This document shows, one piece after another, positions 1 through 13,818 of a DNA stretch of 64,000 nucleotides (position 1 is its first letter; each line of letters opens with the position of its first letter). Under the pieces are notes generated by a model. That model did no database searches, was not told the origin of the DNA, and saw only the letters and a program-made list of their open reading frames with translations. The stretch is taken from assembly GCA_002189035.1 (NCBI GenBank), contig NEEC01000012.1:124001-188000 (forward strand). Reading direction: 5' to 3'. Made by a program: the position numbers and the translations under genes. The stretch comes from Utricularia gibba (taxonomy: Eukaryota > Plantae > Magnoliophyta).

Positions 1-1542
1 GGATCAAAGTTGTCATTATAGTTGATATCTCTATTTGTGTTTTGATTCTCGAAATATGGAGTATTCAAATTATATTCATCACCTGAAATTTTGAAATTGT
101 AAATGTTGACAAATTATATGTAAAAAAAAAAAATTGAAATAATTAAATAATTACCATGCTAATTAGAAGAAGAAGGAAAACCCGAACTTTCCGTATCAAT
201 ATAAAGTTCAATACTCGAATCCTTGTTATGTGACATTAATATCTAGCACAACAAATCCGTATTTGTAAGCGAAACATAGCTAATATTACTTGTATTTGCG
301 TCGAAGAATTTGGCGGTGATTCGAATTGAATATAAATTAGGATTTATATTCAATTCTCTATAAATATTCCTGAGAAATTCTCTACAATAATAATGCTTAT
401 CGGATTTCAATCATATTGCATGTACACGGTATGAAGATCATTGATAAAAGAACCTCCAAAGAACAACTTCAGAGTAACTTAGCCATTAATTGAGCAACTA
501 AAATAATGAATGATTTATCAATGAACGCCTTCAAGACTTTTGTAGACAAAATATAGAATAACTTTGAAAATAGGAAATGTATTTTCATGATACCAAACAA
601 AGTAAAGAATATTTGTATTGAAAGGTTATGTTTATTTTTTGGAAAAATGTCATACAAGCCGTTAAACATGAGAATTGTTTTCATTTTTGCCATCAAATTT
701 GTTTTGTTTCACTAATATCATTAAATATATAAAAACTTCATTATTAATTGTAATAAAAAATGGTTTATTTGATTTGTCCAAACGGTTTGTAACTAAGTCT
801 TATTTTTTACCATTTATTATTTAATAACTAAGTTGCTATTCAAATATTAAATTTTTTTATTGTTATTTAAAAACTTTGACATTAAATTTATATACAAATT
901 ACTTGAAAAACGTTATAGTAATAAATCTTTATAAATAAGACTTTTATTGATTATGTAAAATGTTAATAATTATTTTTTTTAAAACACATTAAAAAAATAT
1001 AAATGAAAACAGGTGGCCTGCACCAAATACTTTTCCAAGTATTGCTATGTGATAAAGAGAAAGAGGTGTGAGGTGCCTAATCCCAAATTCAGCCAGCCCT
1101 GCCCTGCCCTGCCCTGCCGTCGCCTAGCCTTCCTTCACAAATCTCTTCTTCCGCTACAGACTACAGCCTGGCTGGCTGGCTGGCTGGATGAGTCCGCCCG
1201 GCCCAACCGCTTTGCCCTGCGCTGCGCTTCAGTGACTTCATTGACCCGCCAAGGATGATCTGGGGATAACAACAAAGAAATTCATGGAATTAACCTTCCC
1301 GAGTTGCCTTAAAACGACCCAACCCAACTCAGTCACTCACCCACTTCCGATTACAAATACATAAAAAAATATCATGGAAAAGGAGGCGCCCCCCCCCCCC
1401 CCCCCCCCCGCATTTCCTTTCCTTTCGTTTTATGTCACTCCTTTGCCAGCTTGCCGTCCACTCCACCAGGTTACTGCTTCTTTTTCACTGGTTTGAACCG
1501 GTCATCCCCGTCTTCCCCTCCCCTCCCCTCCCTCCCTCCTCT

Positions 1543-1549
1543 TATAAAA
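1543..1549 (+). promoter_or_regulatory. TATA box of the MYB gene
   Basis: TATAAAA about 100 nt upstream of the ATG at 1642, preceded by a C-rich tract. Confidence 0.6.
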
Positions 1550-1641
1550 TGTCCTCCAAAAGAGAAACCAGTCTCCCCAAATTCTTGCCACACCCTGCTT
1601 CCATTTCAATGTCTTAGGCTTCCTTGTTTCTTCTTCTCCTT

Positions 1642-2445
1642 ATGCTGTCACCCAACCAACACGACCGTATAAGGGGGCCGTGGAGCCCTGAAGAAGACCA
1701 CTTATTGCAGAAACTGGTTGATACGCATGGGCCCAGGAACTGGTCCCTCATTAGCAAATCCATACCCGCCCGATCCGGTAAATCCTGCCGTCTAAGGTGG
1801 TGGAACCAGCTTTCTCCGCAGGTGGAGCACCGCGCCTTCACGCCGGAGGAGGACGAGGCAATCCTACGTGCGCACGCCGAGTTTGGGAACAAATGGGCAA
1901 CCATCGCGCGGCTTCTCTCCGGTCGTACGGATAACGCGATTAAGAACCACTGGAACTCGACCCTGAAGCGCAAGTGTGTGTCGATGTCGGCGGAGGAGTT
2001 CAAGAGCTTGGAACCGGAGGCGCTGCTGCCGCCGCCGCAGAAGAGATCGGCGAGTGTCGGTCCCGGTACCTTCGTTTCCCCGCCTTTAAACGCAGCTAGT
2101 CCAAGCGGCTCCGACATCAGCGAATCTAACCATTGGGGTGACCCGGTTTACAGACGACCCCTCCCTCTTTGCGTAGCCCCTCTGCAACCAGACCCGGTTA
2201 CATCACTTACCCTTTCGTTACCCGGTTCCGAAATCAAACCACCGGGACCCATCCCGAAATCGCTACCAAAACCCCACCCTCCCCCTCCGCCACAGCAGGC
2301 GGTCGCGGCGGCTTCACATCTGTTCCTTCCGCCCCCAGATACCAAGTTCTTCAGCCAGGAGTTTCTATCAGCGATGCAGGAAATAGTGAGGACAGAGGTG
2401 AGGAACTACATGGCGGGGATGGAGCAAAACGGTTTCTGTCTTTAG
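1642..2445 (+). CDS. MYB44: Intronless R2R3-MYB transcription factor, subgroup 22 (MYB44/MYB73/MYB77-like)
   Basis: R2/R3 repeats ([11 protein letters not shown]...[16 protein letters not shown]...[18 protein letters not shown]), an EAR-like TSLTLSLP motif and the subgroup-22 C-terminal motif [18 protein letters not shown]. First in-frame ATG is at 1642. The symbol is family-level only. Confidence 0.9.
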   Translation: MLSPNQHDRIRGPWSPEEDHLLQKLVDTHGPRNWSLISKSIPARSGKSCRLRWWNQLSPQVEHRAFTPEEDEAILRAHAEFGNKWATIARLLSGRTDNAIKNHWNSTLKRKCVSMSAEEFKSLEPEALLPPPQKRSASVGPGTFVSPPLNAASPSGSDISESNHWGDPVYRRPLPLCVAPLQPDPVTSLTLSLPGSEIKPPGPIPKSLPKPHPPPPPQQAVAAASHLFLPPPDTKFFSQEFLSAMQEIVRTEVRNYMAGMEQNGFCL

Positions 2446-2889
2446 GCGGATACTCTCGGAAATGGGGTGATCAAGCGAATGGGTGATTGAGTCTGGTTGG
2501 GAATTCCAAGCGACAATGATGTTGTGAAACTCATCCTCTTCCCCACAGCCCGGACCAAAAGCACCAGCGGATTTTCATTCGGATTGTGGAAAAAATCAAG
2601 AGTCAAACTGCCCCTGTTACTGAACAGCGAGGAGCCAGGTGAGAGTTGAAAGGCTGGTTCTCTCCCCTAATTCCAGACAAAGCCAACTTTGCCGATCATG
2701 GATGGATAGATGGAGAATATATTTATTCATAAGCATCCCCAATTGCAGCAGCGTCTTTTTCTCGGGCGAGTTGGTAAAATAGCATTCTGCGTAAAAACTA
2801 TTTGCTGAATACCACACATTTGAAATATATTTGTAAAATAGTAATTTCATGAATTTTTTAATTGCATATTTCAACAAATGTGTTTACAC

Positions 2890-3262
2890 ATATAATTGCA
2901 TATTTTTATTTTAAATTGGTATTAGCTGTCGATCATTAGTTATTATTTGAATCGAGTGTATATTTTTTATATTTGAATTTTTATTATCACTTGATACGTA
3001 AATATTATTTTAATCGAGTATATATTTTTTATTTTAAATTTATATCTATGCTCGATATTTAGGTGTTATTTAAATTAAGTAAATATTTTTTATTTTAAAT
3101 TTGTATTAACATTTGATCTTTAGATATTAATTGAATCTAATGAGTATTTATTATTTTTAATTTATATTAATGCTTAATCTTTAAATATTATTTAGATCAA
3201 ATATATTTTTTTTATTTTAAATTTATATTAACGCTTGACTTTTAAGCATTATTTGAATCAAG
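2890..3262. repeat. Degenerate AT-rich tandem repeat, about 60-bp unit, about 6 copies
   Basis: A TATTTTTTATTTTAAATTT...TTGAT...TATTATTT..ATC..GT pattern recurs roughly every 60 nt. Confidence 0.6.
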
Positions 3263-3426
3263 TGAGTCTCCTACATGGATGTAGGTTAAAATGTAACTCA
3301 TGACTTCATTTAGTTTTTGATTGAGGAAAATAAAATTGCATTCGAGTATGGTTAAAGTATAACAAATAATATTTTCATTTATGTAATTAATAATATTGGT
3401 TATAGGAACAAAATCATCATACATTT

Positions 3427-3950
3427 TGATGGGGGATAAATCGGGTGATGATAATCGGCTTCTAAAAGGCTTCCAAAAAGAGCTATGACGGGATGGATAA
3501 CGTCAGTCAATAGACCGATATGTGTCAGAAATCTGACAGCGGTGTTTGTATGGCACAGTCTGAAAAGCAACCGAATTACGGCAGAGCAGGCGGTCGATAT
3601 CTAAAAAGCAAGATCGGGTAGCAAGCGCAGAAAGCAACCGACATCTGCTGAACTCATGAGTCGATCAGATCAATCTCTCCCATAAATAGGAGAAGCTTTG
3701 AGGAGCAAGGGTTAGACCCCAAGCCTCCCAACATGTATCTTATTCAACCATCTCCGTCTAGTAAAAGACTTTTTCCGACGAGCTCCGACATCTCCGTGGT
3801 TTTTTTCGTCTTCCGGCGGTTTCCACGTAAAAATCTTCGCCTACCCCCGTTTCGGTTGATCAAACCGAACGTAATCGTGAAAAACATAATAAAGTGTGGA
3901 ATTTCCCGACTGCACCTTTCACCCAAAAGTCGCTCCCACCACAAACAACG
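3427..3950 (+). mobile_element. Possible solo LTR (gypsy, Tat-like)
   Basis: GC-richer island starting TGATGGGGG, with a CATAAATAGG promoter-like motif and an ...ACCACAAACA-type end. Only a 4-bp flanking match (ATTT), so no clean TSD. Confidence 0.4.
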
Positions 3951-4379
3951 ATTTTCACCCTTAACACATTTTAACTACGATCATGCATAATGTTTTTTTA
4001 AAAATCTCTGAATTTTTGACTTTGATTGTCTATAAGGCTGTGAAGTAGTGGATGATGCCATTGGCCATCTGGTTTTTGTGTCGTGCATGTGATTAACAGC
4101 TGTGAATTGACTCAGATGTAGATATCACATTGTAAAATGAATGTCTCGCCGCTTGACTAGTTCCACATCGTTCAGCTTGTGTGTTTAAGTCATGTGGATA
4201 GTAAGAGGAATGATGCAATGATTAAGTTGACTTTCTTTCTCCCATTCTTCCTAATCTTGTGAGTCTTAGTTCTTGTTCTTCTATAGATGATCTTCTTCAT
4301 GATCCAAGAGTTTCAAAGTCCATTACCCCATGCATTCGAGTTGTTTTTTTCACGACCGACATGTCGTCATTCACCTTGT

Positions 4380-7300
4380 CTATTAGGGTTTGGAGCTAAA
4401 ATGAATAGGGCATCATCCCACATTAACTGGTTTTGAAGGGGGTGGAATTCATTGGAGTAAGTAGCAACTAAAGCCTTGACAAAATAAAATTTATCAATGA
4501 ATTTTCTAGTATTTATGGAGAAACTGTGGCATGCCTACATAAGAAAAGAATAATTAATCATATTTTTTAAAAAATAAACATAATGGTAAGTGTTACCTAT
4601 TGAGTGTGGGAGCATGGAAATCTTACACTCTGCCAGAACCCACAAGTGCATGTTTGATGCGAGATGTTGACAAGGTGGACCTTGTTTTGATGTGGGCCTA
4701 TTTCAATGACAGATGTTGTCATCGTCTCTCTACTATATTCCTCAACCATAAAACCGGGAAGATTTTTTGATCCCAATTGAAATGGCTCTTCACATTTCTC
4801 TATGCATTGTTGCCTTTTATTTGCAAGAGTTTCAACTATTTTGCGACGATCCTCGAAATATTCTTTTCACTTCATGAATATTATCTACATAAGAAATACG
4901 AGATAGTCAACTTTTAAACTATTTAAAAAACAGTGAGAGTAAAGTATGAACCTTCACAATTGTAGTTGGAGGAAGGTGCCGAGTTTCACAAAACACTCCA
5001 TTTATTGATCAACATGGTTAGTTGTCATGATCTCATACCTGTTCATTAGGACATAAATGATCTTTGCAATTTGGTGCAATAAGAATGATGATTATCTTAT
5101 ACCATCATTGTGTAATAACGTCCATATATCCAAAGGAATATTCATCATGTATTTGTAGGCGCCAGGATTCGTTCGGTAGATCACACCCATCAAACATTCA
5201 AATTCCTTGACACGTGGTGTCATACCTGCACCCTAAACCAAACCATTCAAATGTTTGCTTCTGCTATGTGCGAGATAGTTGGATCTGACATTTCGAAGAC
5301 AAAATCGATGGTATCCATATAGTGGCCGGAAACCAGAAACCACATCTAAGCTGGTCTATAATCCAGAACCTCTATCACTAATTAAACATATGGGATGATG
5401 ACCACGTATAATATGAACTTGTAATTGTTCTAAAAACCAGATCCATGCAGGACTTAACTCTTCATCCACTAAAGCATAGGCTAATGGGAGAGCATGTCTA
5501 CCAGCATCCATGATGACGAAAATTAGTAGTTTGTATTTGTATTGGCTGTATAAATGCATCTCATTTACTCGTATGATTGGACAATAATGTTTCTATGCAG
5601 CAATACATGACGCAAATGCCCCTGAAAACATAATGTAGAATTGGCCCTCCCATACTATCACTGGTGTTTTTTTAAATTACCACAAATTTAGGATTTTTTC
5701 TGTCCACTTCTTGTAAATACTTTGGTAATTCTTTTGAAGAATCCTGCCAAGTGCCGTACACAACTCATAACCTTGTATCAAGACGTACCAAGCCTTCCAG
5801 TAAGAGATTTTGAATTTAAATTGTTTTACAACTTTCCATTGAATTGTGGAAACCTTGATTCTTGGTTGGTCTTTGATCAAGTCAATTATTTCTTAAGCAA
5901 GGAATTCCTTTCGTAGATTTACATGTTCCTTTGCCAAAGAACTCCGAGCATCGCATGTGTGAGGTTCTTGGAAATCTGTAATCTTCCATAATTTTGTCCT
6001 ATTTTGGAAGTGCGTTCAAGTGAATTGGACATCCGGACTTTTTTTTTCATGATTTTGACGACAAATGAAATGATAGATTGAACTACTACTTCTAGACACA
6101 TGAAACTCTATTCTCACCACAAAAATATAGTACTTTGTGATTGCATCTTTCAACTCATCCTTGCTGTCAAAGGTAAATCTGAGAGAAAGAAGCATTGTGC
6201 TGGCATTATAAAATGAATCAATTTCTGGGAGATCAGTTGAGTCCTGCAACATTGGCAGGTTGCCCCCAATAGGAAGAGGTTCATTGTTGGGCTCATTATC
6301 AGATTTAACCATTTATAAATCATCATCCTCACTCCAAAGGGTGTCTGAAACAATCTCGCTCTCAGAATCTGTAAAAATGATATCATCTTACAGAATTGCA
6401 GGGTCTGGATTTTGATCATGGATAGCAACTCCATGATATTCATTTTCATCTGTAACTAGAAGATTGTCACGTCGTGCAACATGCTCAAAATCCTCTTGGT
6501 TGCATCTAATATTTTGAGGATATGAGTTGTCAGGAAAAAACAAATAATCTGATAAAAAGTTAAAACTTATTTTTTAAAAAATGTGATATAAAACTTAAAA
6601 AGCTTTAATAATAAATATTTAATAAAATTTCAATATTGAAAATGGAGATAGAATGAAAAATGAGAAGTCAATATTCCATAAATATAAAAAAATTTGAAGT
6701 ATTCTAAAATACAAATTCTATGAAAATTTGATACTTATAAAATAAATAAGTGAAATAAATATGTTAAATGAATTCTCTAAAAACTACAAAATGCATGAAG
6801 AGACTAACCATGTAGACTTTCATGTTGTTTACTTGGAGGCCTATGTCTTAAGTACACACAAAAATCAGATAAATTATCTATGATTATATATATAAATATA
6901 TAAATATAACATACCTCTGTTTCTTGAAGATGATGCTTGATGCTGTGTAATTATAGCTTCAGTTTCAACAAATGTCTATTCCCGAGCCTGTGTGATTTGG
7001 GTGAAACAAATACCGTAGTGTGCCAACATCTATAATATGAAGGCAATTGGCAATGCCTGATTCAACTTCAAAGAACTGTGCAAAGCATGTAAGAGAGTAT
7101 TGCGTGGGTTCAACATCTATAATCGTATAAATCCGACGAATAAGTAATTCATAAGAAATATTTCTTTTCAAACGAAAAGATGCTATTGGAGAAATAGAAT
7201 ACACCATATGCCCACATATATCATTTGTGATATTACCACCATACAAAACTCGCACAGTTATAAGAGTTTCAGACATCAGAACCTCCAAAAAGATGTAAAA
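4380..7300 (-). mobile_element. Degenerate MuDR/MULE transposase
   Basis: Fragments in the expected order on the minus strand: N-terminal region (VRVLYGG..., ORF 6965-7507), MuDR domain (FTFDSKDELKDAITKY, ~6100-6200), KISYWKAW, DDE core (LPLAYALVDEE...WIWFLEQL...CLISDRG, 5356-5559), SWIM finger CTCGFWQSVRFPCSH (~4604-4650) and TYSNEFHP. Many stops and frameshifts. Confidence 0.85.
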
Positions 7301-7711
7301 TTCAAGATAATAAAAGAGAATTTTTAGGGTCGGATCGTAGAGCTGCAAGAACCAAATTCTAGAAAGAGTGTCGATGCTAATTGAGACAAATGGCGGCGGT
7401 TGACATAGAAAGTCTAGATTGTGTCTCTTCAATGGATGGGATTGAGGATCAACAAACTTGGGATCTATCCTGTAGAAAGTGAAGGGGGAACCCAACTTCA
7501 ATACCAAGGTTGGTTACATTCCTTATAAATTTAAGGAGGAGTAACCCGGAGGATGACCATTGATGAAAAGAGAAAATCACTATTTCAACTTATGACTCAA
7601 GATGGCTTGTGATAGAAAATGAGTAGAATGTGTACCCTTTTATAAACTTAGATCAAGGTGTATAGCTAAATTAGCATTGATTAAAAGGAACAATGATTTG
7701 ACACAAAGCAT

Positions 7712-7880
7712 GAATTGATTAAAAAAAACAACAATAATTTGATTTAAAGTTGAATGAATTGATTAAAAAAAACAACAATAATTTGATTTAAAGTTGAATG
7801 AATTGATTAAAAAAAACAACAATAATTTGATTTAAAGTTGAATGAATTGATTAAAAGCAACAATAATTTGATACAAAGTA
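7712..7880. repeat. Tandem repeat, about 44-bp unit, about 4 copies
   Basis: TGAATTGATTAAAAAAAACAACAATAATTTGATTTAAAGTTGAA repeated nearly perfectly. Confidence 0.85.
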
Positions 7881-8131
7881 ATATTTGTTTGACTTTTAGT
7901 CATATTGTTAAATAATGTAACACGTGATAAAAGTTGCATTGTTTTAGTTTTTGTATATCAATAAATTATAACTTTAGTTTTTTCTTAAAAATTGAAATTA
8001 AATGAAATGTTTCTATCTCTATTTTTTTGGATGTTTTATATTATTTATTACTTATAGCATACAATGAATGACTGAATTTAGAAGATTCCCTATTTATAGT
8101 TATTCATATATTAGTATAAATAATTATATAT

Positions 8132-8545
8132 ATGATTTTAATGAGTATCATATATATTTTTTATATAAAAAACTAAAATATAATGCATTAAATTTTATTT
8201 GTATATGTTTGTTTAAAAAATATGAAAATATAATATAAATTTATATTTTTTTGTATTAAAATAGAGTAAAATATGATATATATATATATATATATTAATA
8301 TAGATGATTTTAATAAGAATCATATATATTTTTTATGTAAAAAACTTAAGTATAATGCATTAAATTTTATTTGTAAATGTTTTTTTAAAAAAATATGAAA
8401 ATATATTATACATTTGTATTTTTTTTGTTTTACAATAAAGTAAAATACTATATATATATATATTAATAGAGATGATTTTAATAAGTATCATATACATTTT
8501 TTATATAAAGAACTAAAATATAATGCATTGGATTTTATTTTAAAA
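8132..8545. repeat. Tandem repeat, about 170-bp unit, about 2.4 copies
   Basis: ATGATTTTAAT..GTATCATATATATTTT... restarts at 8132, 8304 and 8472. Confidence 0.75.
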
Positions 8546-9133
8546 TAATACTCTTCTCTCCAATCTCCTGCCTCCAAAAGGGGACTCTACTCCTCCCACC
8601 GATGAATTATCGATTATTCGTAACAGAACAGGTAAAAAGGTAAACTATACCTCCAATGAACTCATTATTGTGTCCACCTACTTCAACACATTAGCTTAAA
8701 GGATGACGAATCAAGGAACTCGTGTCTATGTAGGAAATTCCTTAGCATCGTGCTTCTCAATTGAGCTTCATCATAAATTTCGATCAAATTGCAGTACAGA
8801 TAGTGTGAACTTTGTATCTCAATTTATGCAGCTTCCAACCACCTAGCGTTAAATATTAGCGACTTGTATATTGAAATGCATGAAGGGAGACTTTACATCT
8901 CACTTTCTCGTATCAAAAGAAAACACTACCTCATCTAGAAGCCTTTCATATGCTAATTGGGAAGTTTTCTTCTCACTCCATGTTATGCTATTAGATGCTG
9001 TGTCTTTCTAAGTTAAAATTCAATCTCCTGGAACTCAAGGAAATTGAAAATAATATCAAGATCAAGCACCAAGACAGAGACGGTGCAGAAGACACGTGGA
9101 AACGAGAGCGCGTGAATGGAGGAGTTTCAGTGT

Positions 9134-10381
<1,248 letters not shown>

Positions 10382-12963
10382 TCAAGTCACTCAAGCTGTG
10401 GCTGCCTTGCCACCATTTATCAAGAATGTGCGTGGAACTTTGCATTACTCTTTATTTATTATTTATTAGATGGCTCCACTTCTTAAGCAAGTGACGAGGA
10501 TAGCGCACGCGAAGCATGCGCGCGGAAATCAGTTTCATATTACATTTGTCTGTTTATTATGACCCTCCAATTACCAAATTGGGCTTCGCAAGGAAATATT
10601 ATTTTAAAAAATATATTTCTGTGCGTTTATAAATTATGAAAAACTTTCGTTATCATTTTTTTTACGAAAAAACAAAAAAAAGTGTGATGGAAAATGGGTT
10701 TTGTGGTTATTTATGATTTTTTTTTTTTATAATTTATCTCGTTTTAAAATATGCTTTTACATTGTTGTTTAAAATTGTTTCAATATATTTCAATTTCTTA
10801 TTATTTTACATTCATTTTATATTATTATATTAATTTAATGTTTTCAAAGAAAAAATATATATTATATATTTGGAATATGTTTTTGTATGAATGACAAATC
10901 AAGATTCAATAATGTATGAGTTTAAGTCCAAGAAGAAGTACAAGAATGAAAACCTTATTCAGAATTCTAGATTTAAATAAAGATTTGAAGATAATTTTTA
11001 AAAATTTGAATAAAAAATTTACTCTATGACGTATAATCCAAAAATTTAAAGGACTCTAAAAAGCGGTCGGGATCTATATGATTCAATTCCTTAAATTGAA
11101 CGTTTTTTTTGGTTAGAATAATATTCAATATTCCGTTCTTTATTGAGTCGACAAATGAGGGTTGATATCGACGTTGATGCTCTAAAAAGCGGTCGGGATC
11201 TATATGAAGTATTATTTCAAGGTGTTGGATGGATAGGAGTTGCCATGTCCAAATTTTTATTCTTCATGGTGAGCTCATTGCATAAGGAGAGTTGATGGTC
11301 AAGTCATGATGGAAAAATATGGTTCACCACCACACACCATGAGCAACATCTTTGAAAAGTTCCCAATGCTGATGTACAAGTTTAATACATAACCAAAAAT
11401 TGAGGCATCTACTTTTCAGAAAGATCATCAATCCATACCAAATACTGAAAGTGATGAAGAAATGGAAAATAACATACATGATTTTCTTTTTCATATACAC
11501 GTGTAAAATAGGACTATTAAAGATGATTATTTTTAACACATATAAAAATGTCTTAGAAATCTAATCATTTTTTAGAAATCTTTAGAAAAGCGTCCATCTT
11601 CTTCTTTCTTTTTTAAACAAAAATATATTATTAATTGTATGGATATGTGGTTCAATAAATTTAAGATACGGAAATTTGATTCCCATCCTAAATTGAATAT
11701 TAATTTGATAGGAATTAAATATAATTTGAATAAATATTCAATTTTCTCCTTAAATTAATTGAATACTAATTCAGGGTTTAAATTTCAAATTCCTTTTGTT
11801 CAATTCCTAAAAATTTTATAAAATAAAGGATGATTCCAAAAAATGGCCATTTGCACTTATGTGAAAAATAATGATTATTATTTTACTTCTTTTGTATATT
11901 TGAAAGAGAAAATGTTCATTTTTCAAAACAAGCCAAGCCCTTCAAGTATGGGAGTTGGAAGGCTCGGTTGTTGAATTGGGTGACGTTAGAATTCGTTTCT
12001 CATCTCAGATATACGTAGGATTTAATGGTAAAAATATAAAATAACATAAATATTCATATTTTCTAATAAAAAGTATAAACTACTTAAATTAACTTCACCT
12101 TGGGTGATATTAATGTGTGTTGTGGAAAATTTTTGGAAGTTGTTTTTATTTCTGTTTTTACCAAAAAATAATTTTATATGGAATATCATCTATTTCTATT
12201 TTTGTTTTTTAATAAAATAATTGTTACATCTAGTAAAAATGAGGTATAAGTTGAAATAAGAAAACATATACTTCTACTTCTCATTTTTATTTTTGCCATT
12301 ATATTCTTGAAAATATTTCGTTTTTTCAATTTTTTCAGAATACGTCATTTATGTTTTTATTTTATTCAAAATATTTTTACTTCTATTTTATATTTTTCAA
12401 AAAATAAAAACAACATTCAAATATTTTCCAGAGCACTCCCTAATATGAATTAGATTTTCATTTCTTCAAATTTTCTTCTTGTTTTTCATATTTTTTTCTC
12501 CTAACCTTTGGAATTTCAAAAAAAAATATTTTATTAAGATTCTTTGAGGGTTTAAAAAAAATGAGACAATACCAAATCTATATTTGATAATATTTTAATA
12601 GTTTATTTATTTATTATGAAGAAATTGGTCAGTGTTTCATCAAAATACCATTGCGATTTTTTTTATGGCTACCAAAGGGACTCCACAGCTGATACATTTG
12701 GGCCAGGTTATCGGCCTTTGCCGGTGAGTGACCCACTGGAAAAGCCCTATTACGGCCCAATATGTTTTGTTAGTTGCGGGCTACATGGATCGGGTCCACC
12801 CGTGCCGTGTCGTGTCTACGAATTTTTCCATTTTAATTCTCAATTTGGAAGGTCTCTGGAAGCTTCGGTTCCCTGCGCCATCAGGAGGGGGGAGTTCTCG
12901 ATAAGTAGGAAGGCGCTCTTGCGTCAGGGGTAAATTGAGGGAAGATAGAGAGGGCGGCCTAAC

Positions 12964-13818
12964 ATGGGTGGAGGTAATGGGCAGAAATCAAAGATGGCCC
13001 GTGAAAAGAACCTGGAAAAGAACAAATCTGCAAAAGGTGATTCTTCCTTTTTTGAAAATTTTATCGTGTACTTTGTGAAATCATCATCTGGGAGTTTCTG
13101 GGCTGTGATGGAAGTAGACTGAGTCCAGGTTTTTTTTTTGTTGGATTTCCTCAGGGAGCCAGCTGGAGACCAACAAGAAAGCTATGAACATCCAGGTTTT
13201 ATTTTTGTCTTGCTTTTACGATCAATGTAATTATTCTGAAGTTTGTTGCAGTCATCTGGAGTTGGTTTTTGTGTACTACCTCGTTTTTAACTGGTTTAAT
13301 TTCTGCTTGTTATGTGCTATTTTAAGTCTCCTCCAGTGGGACATCCCGTTTCTGATCTCATTCATCAGATCTGAGATCTTTCACCCACAGATACCAACTT
13401 TATTTTTTTACTAAAGTTCTTACCTTTTGAGCGTCTTAAGCTGTTTATCGGGATGGATTTCCTGCGGTTTTTCTGATTATGTAGAAGAAAATGAGATGGG
13501 CAAGGACATTAGAAGGTCATACTGCTTGTTGAAAGTGTCTTCGAGGTCTTCATTTGCAGAGATGCTCTCCGTCTTAATTTTCGAAATAAAACAAAGAGAA
13601 ACCTGTGTCTCATGATGTGACTCTTCCACCGATGACTGAATTCTATCTTTACCAGTCATGCTTATCAATGCTGAAGTTTCTCTGTTTGTACACTGCAGTG
13701 CAAGGTGTGTATGCAGACCTTTATATGCACTACATCGGAGGTTAAATGCAAGGAGCATGCAGAAGCTAAGCATCCCAAATCTGATCTCTTCACCTGCTTT
13801 CCGCATCTGAAGAAATGA
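12964..13818 (+). CDS. Small SERF/ZNF706-like C2H2 zinc-finger protein (At2g23090 family); exons 12964-13036, 13155-13195, 13699-13818, 77 aa
   Basis: Spliced product MGGGNGQKSKMAREKNLEKNKSAKGSQLETNKKAMNIQCKVCMQTFICTTSEVKCKEHAEAKHPKSDLFTCFPHLKK. GT-AG introns with consistent phases. Missed by the ORF track. Confidence 0.93.

Noticed and set aside
469-696. 75-aa minus-strand ORF at the window start
   Set aside because: AT-rich, no recognisable motif or splice structure; likely chance.
1614-2486. Long antisense and alternative-frame ORFs over the MYB gene (and similar ones over VEP1, FAM91A1, RING, JAC1 and EUL)
   Set aside because: Expected shadows of GC-rich coding sequence, with no independent motifs.
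7712-8545. Regularly spaced repeats as a CRISPR-like array
   Set aside because: Head-to-tail tandem units with no unique spacers, in eukaryotic DNA with no cas genes.
13196-13698. Intronic C/D snoRNA candidates in the zinc-finger and RPS11 introns
   Set aside because: No canonical RUGAUGA/CUGA pair with a terminal stem at plausible spacing was seen by eye; a snoscan or Infernal search would be decisive.
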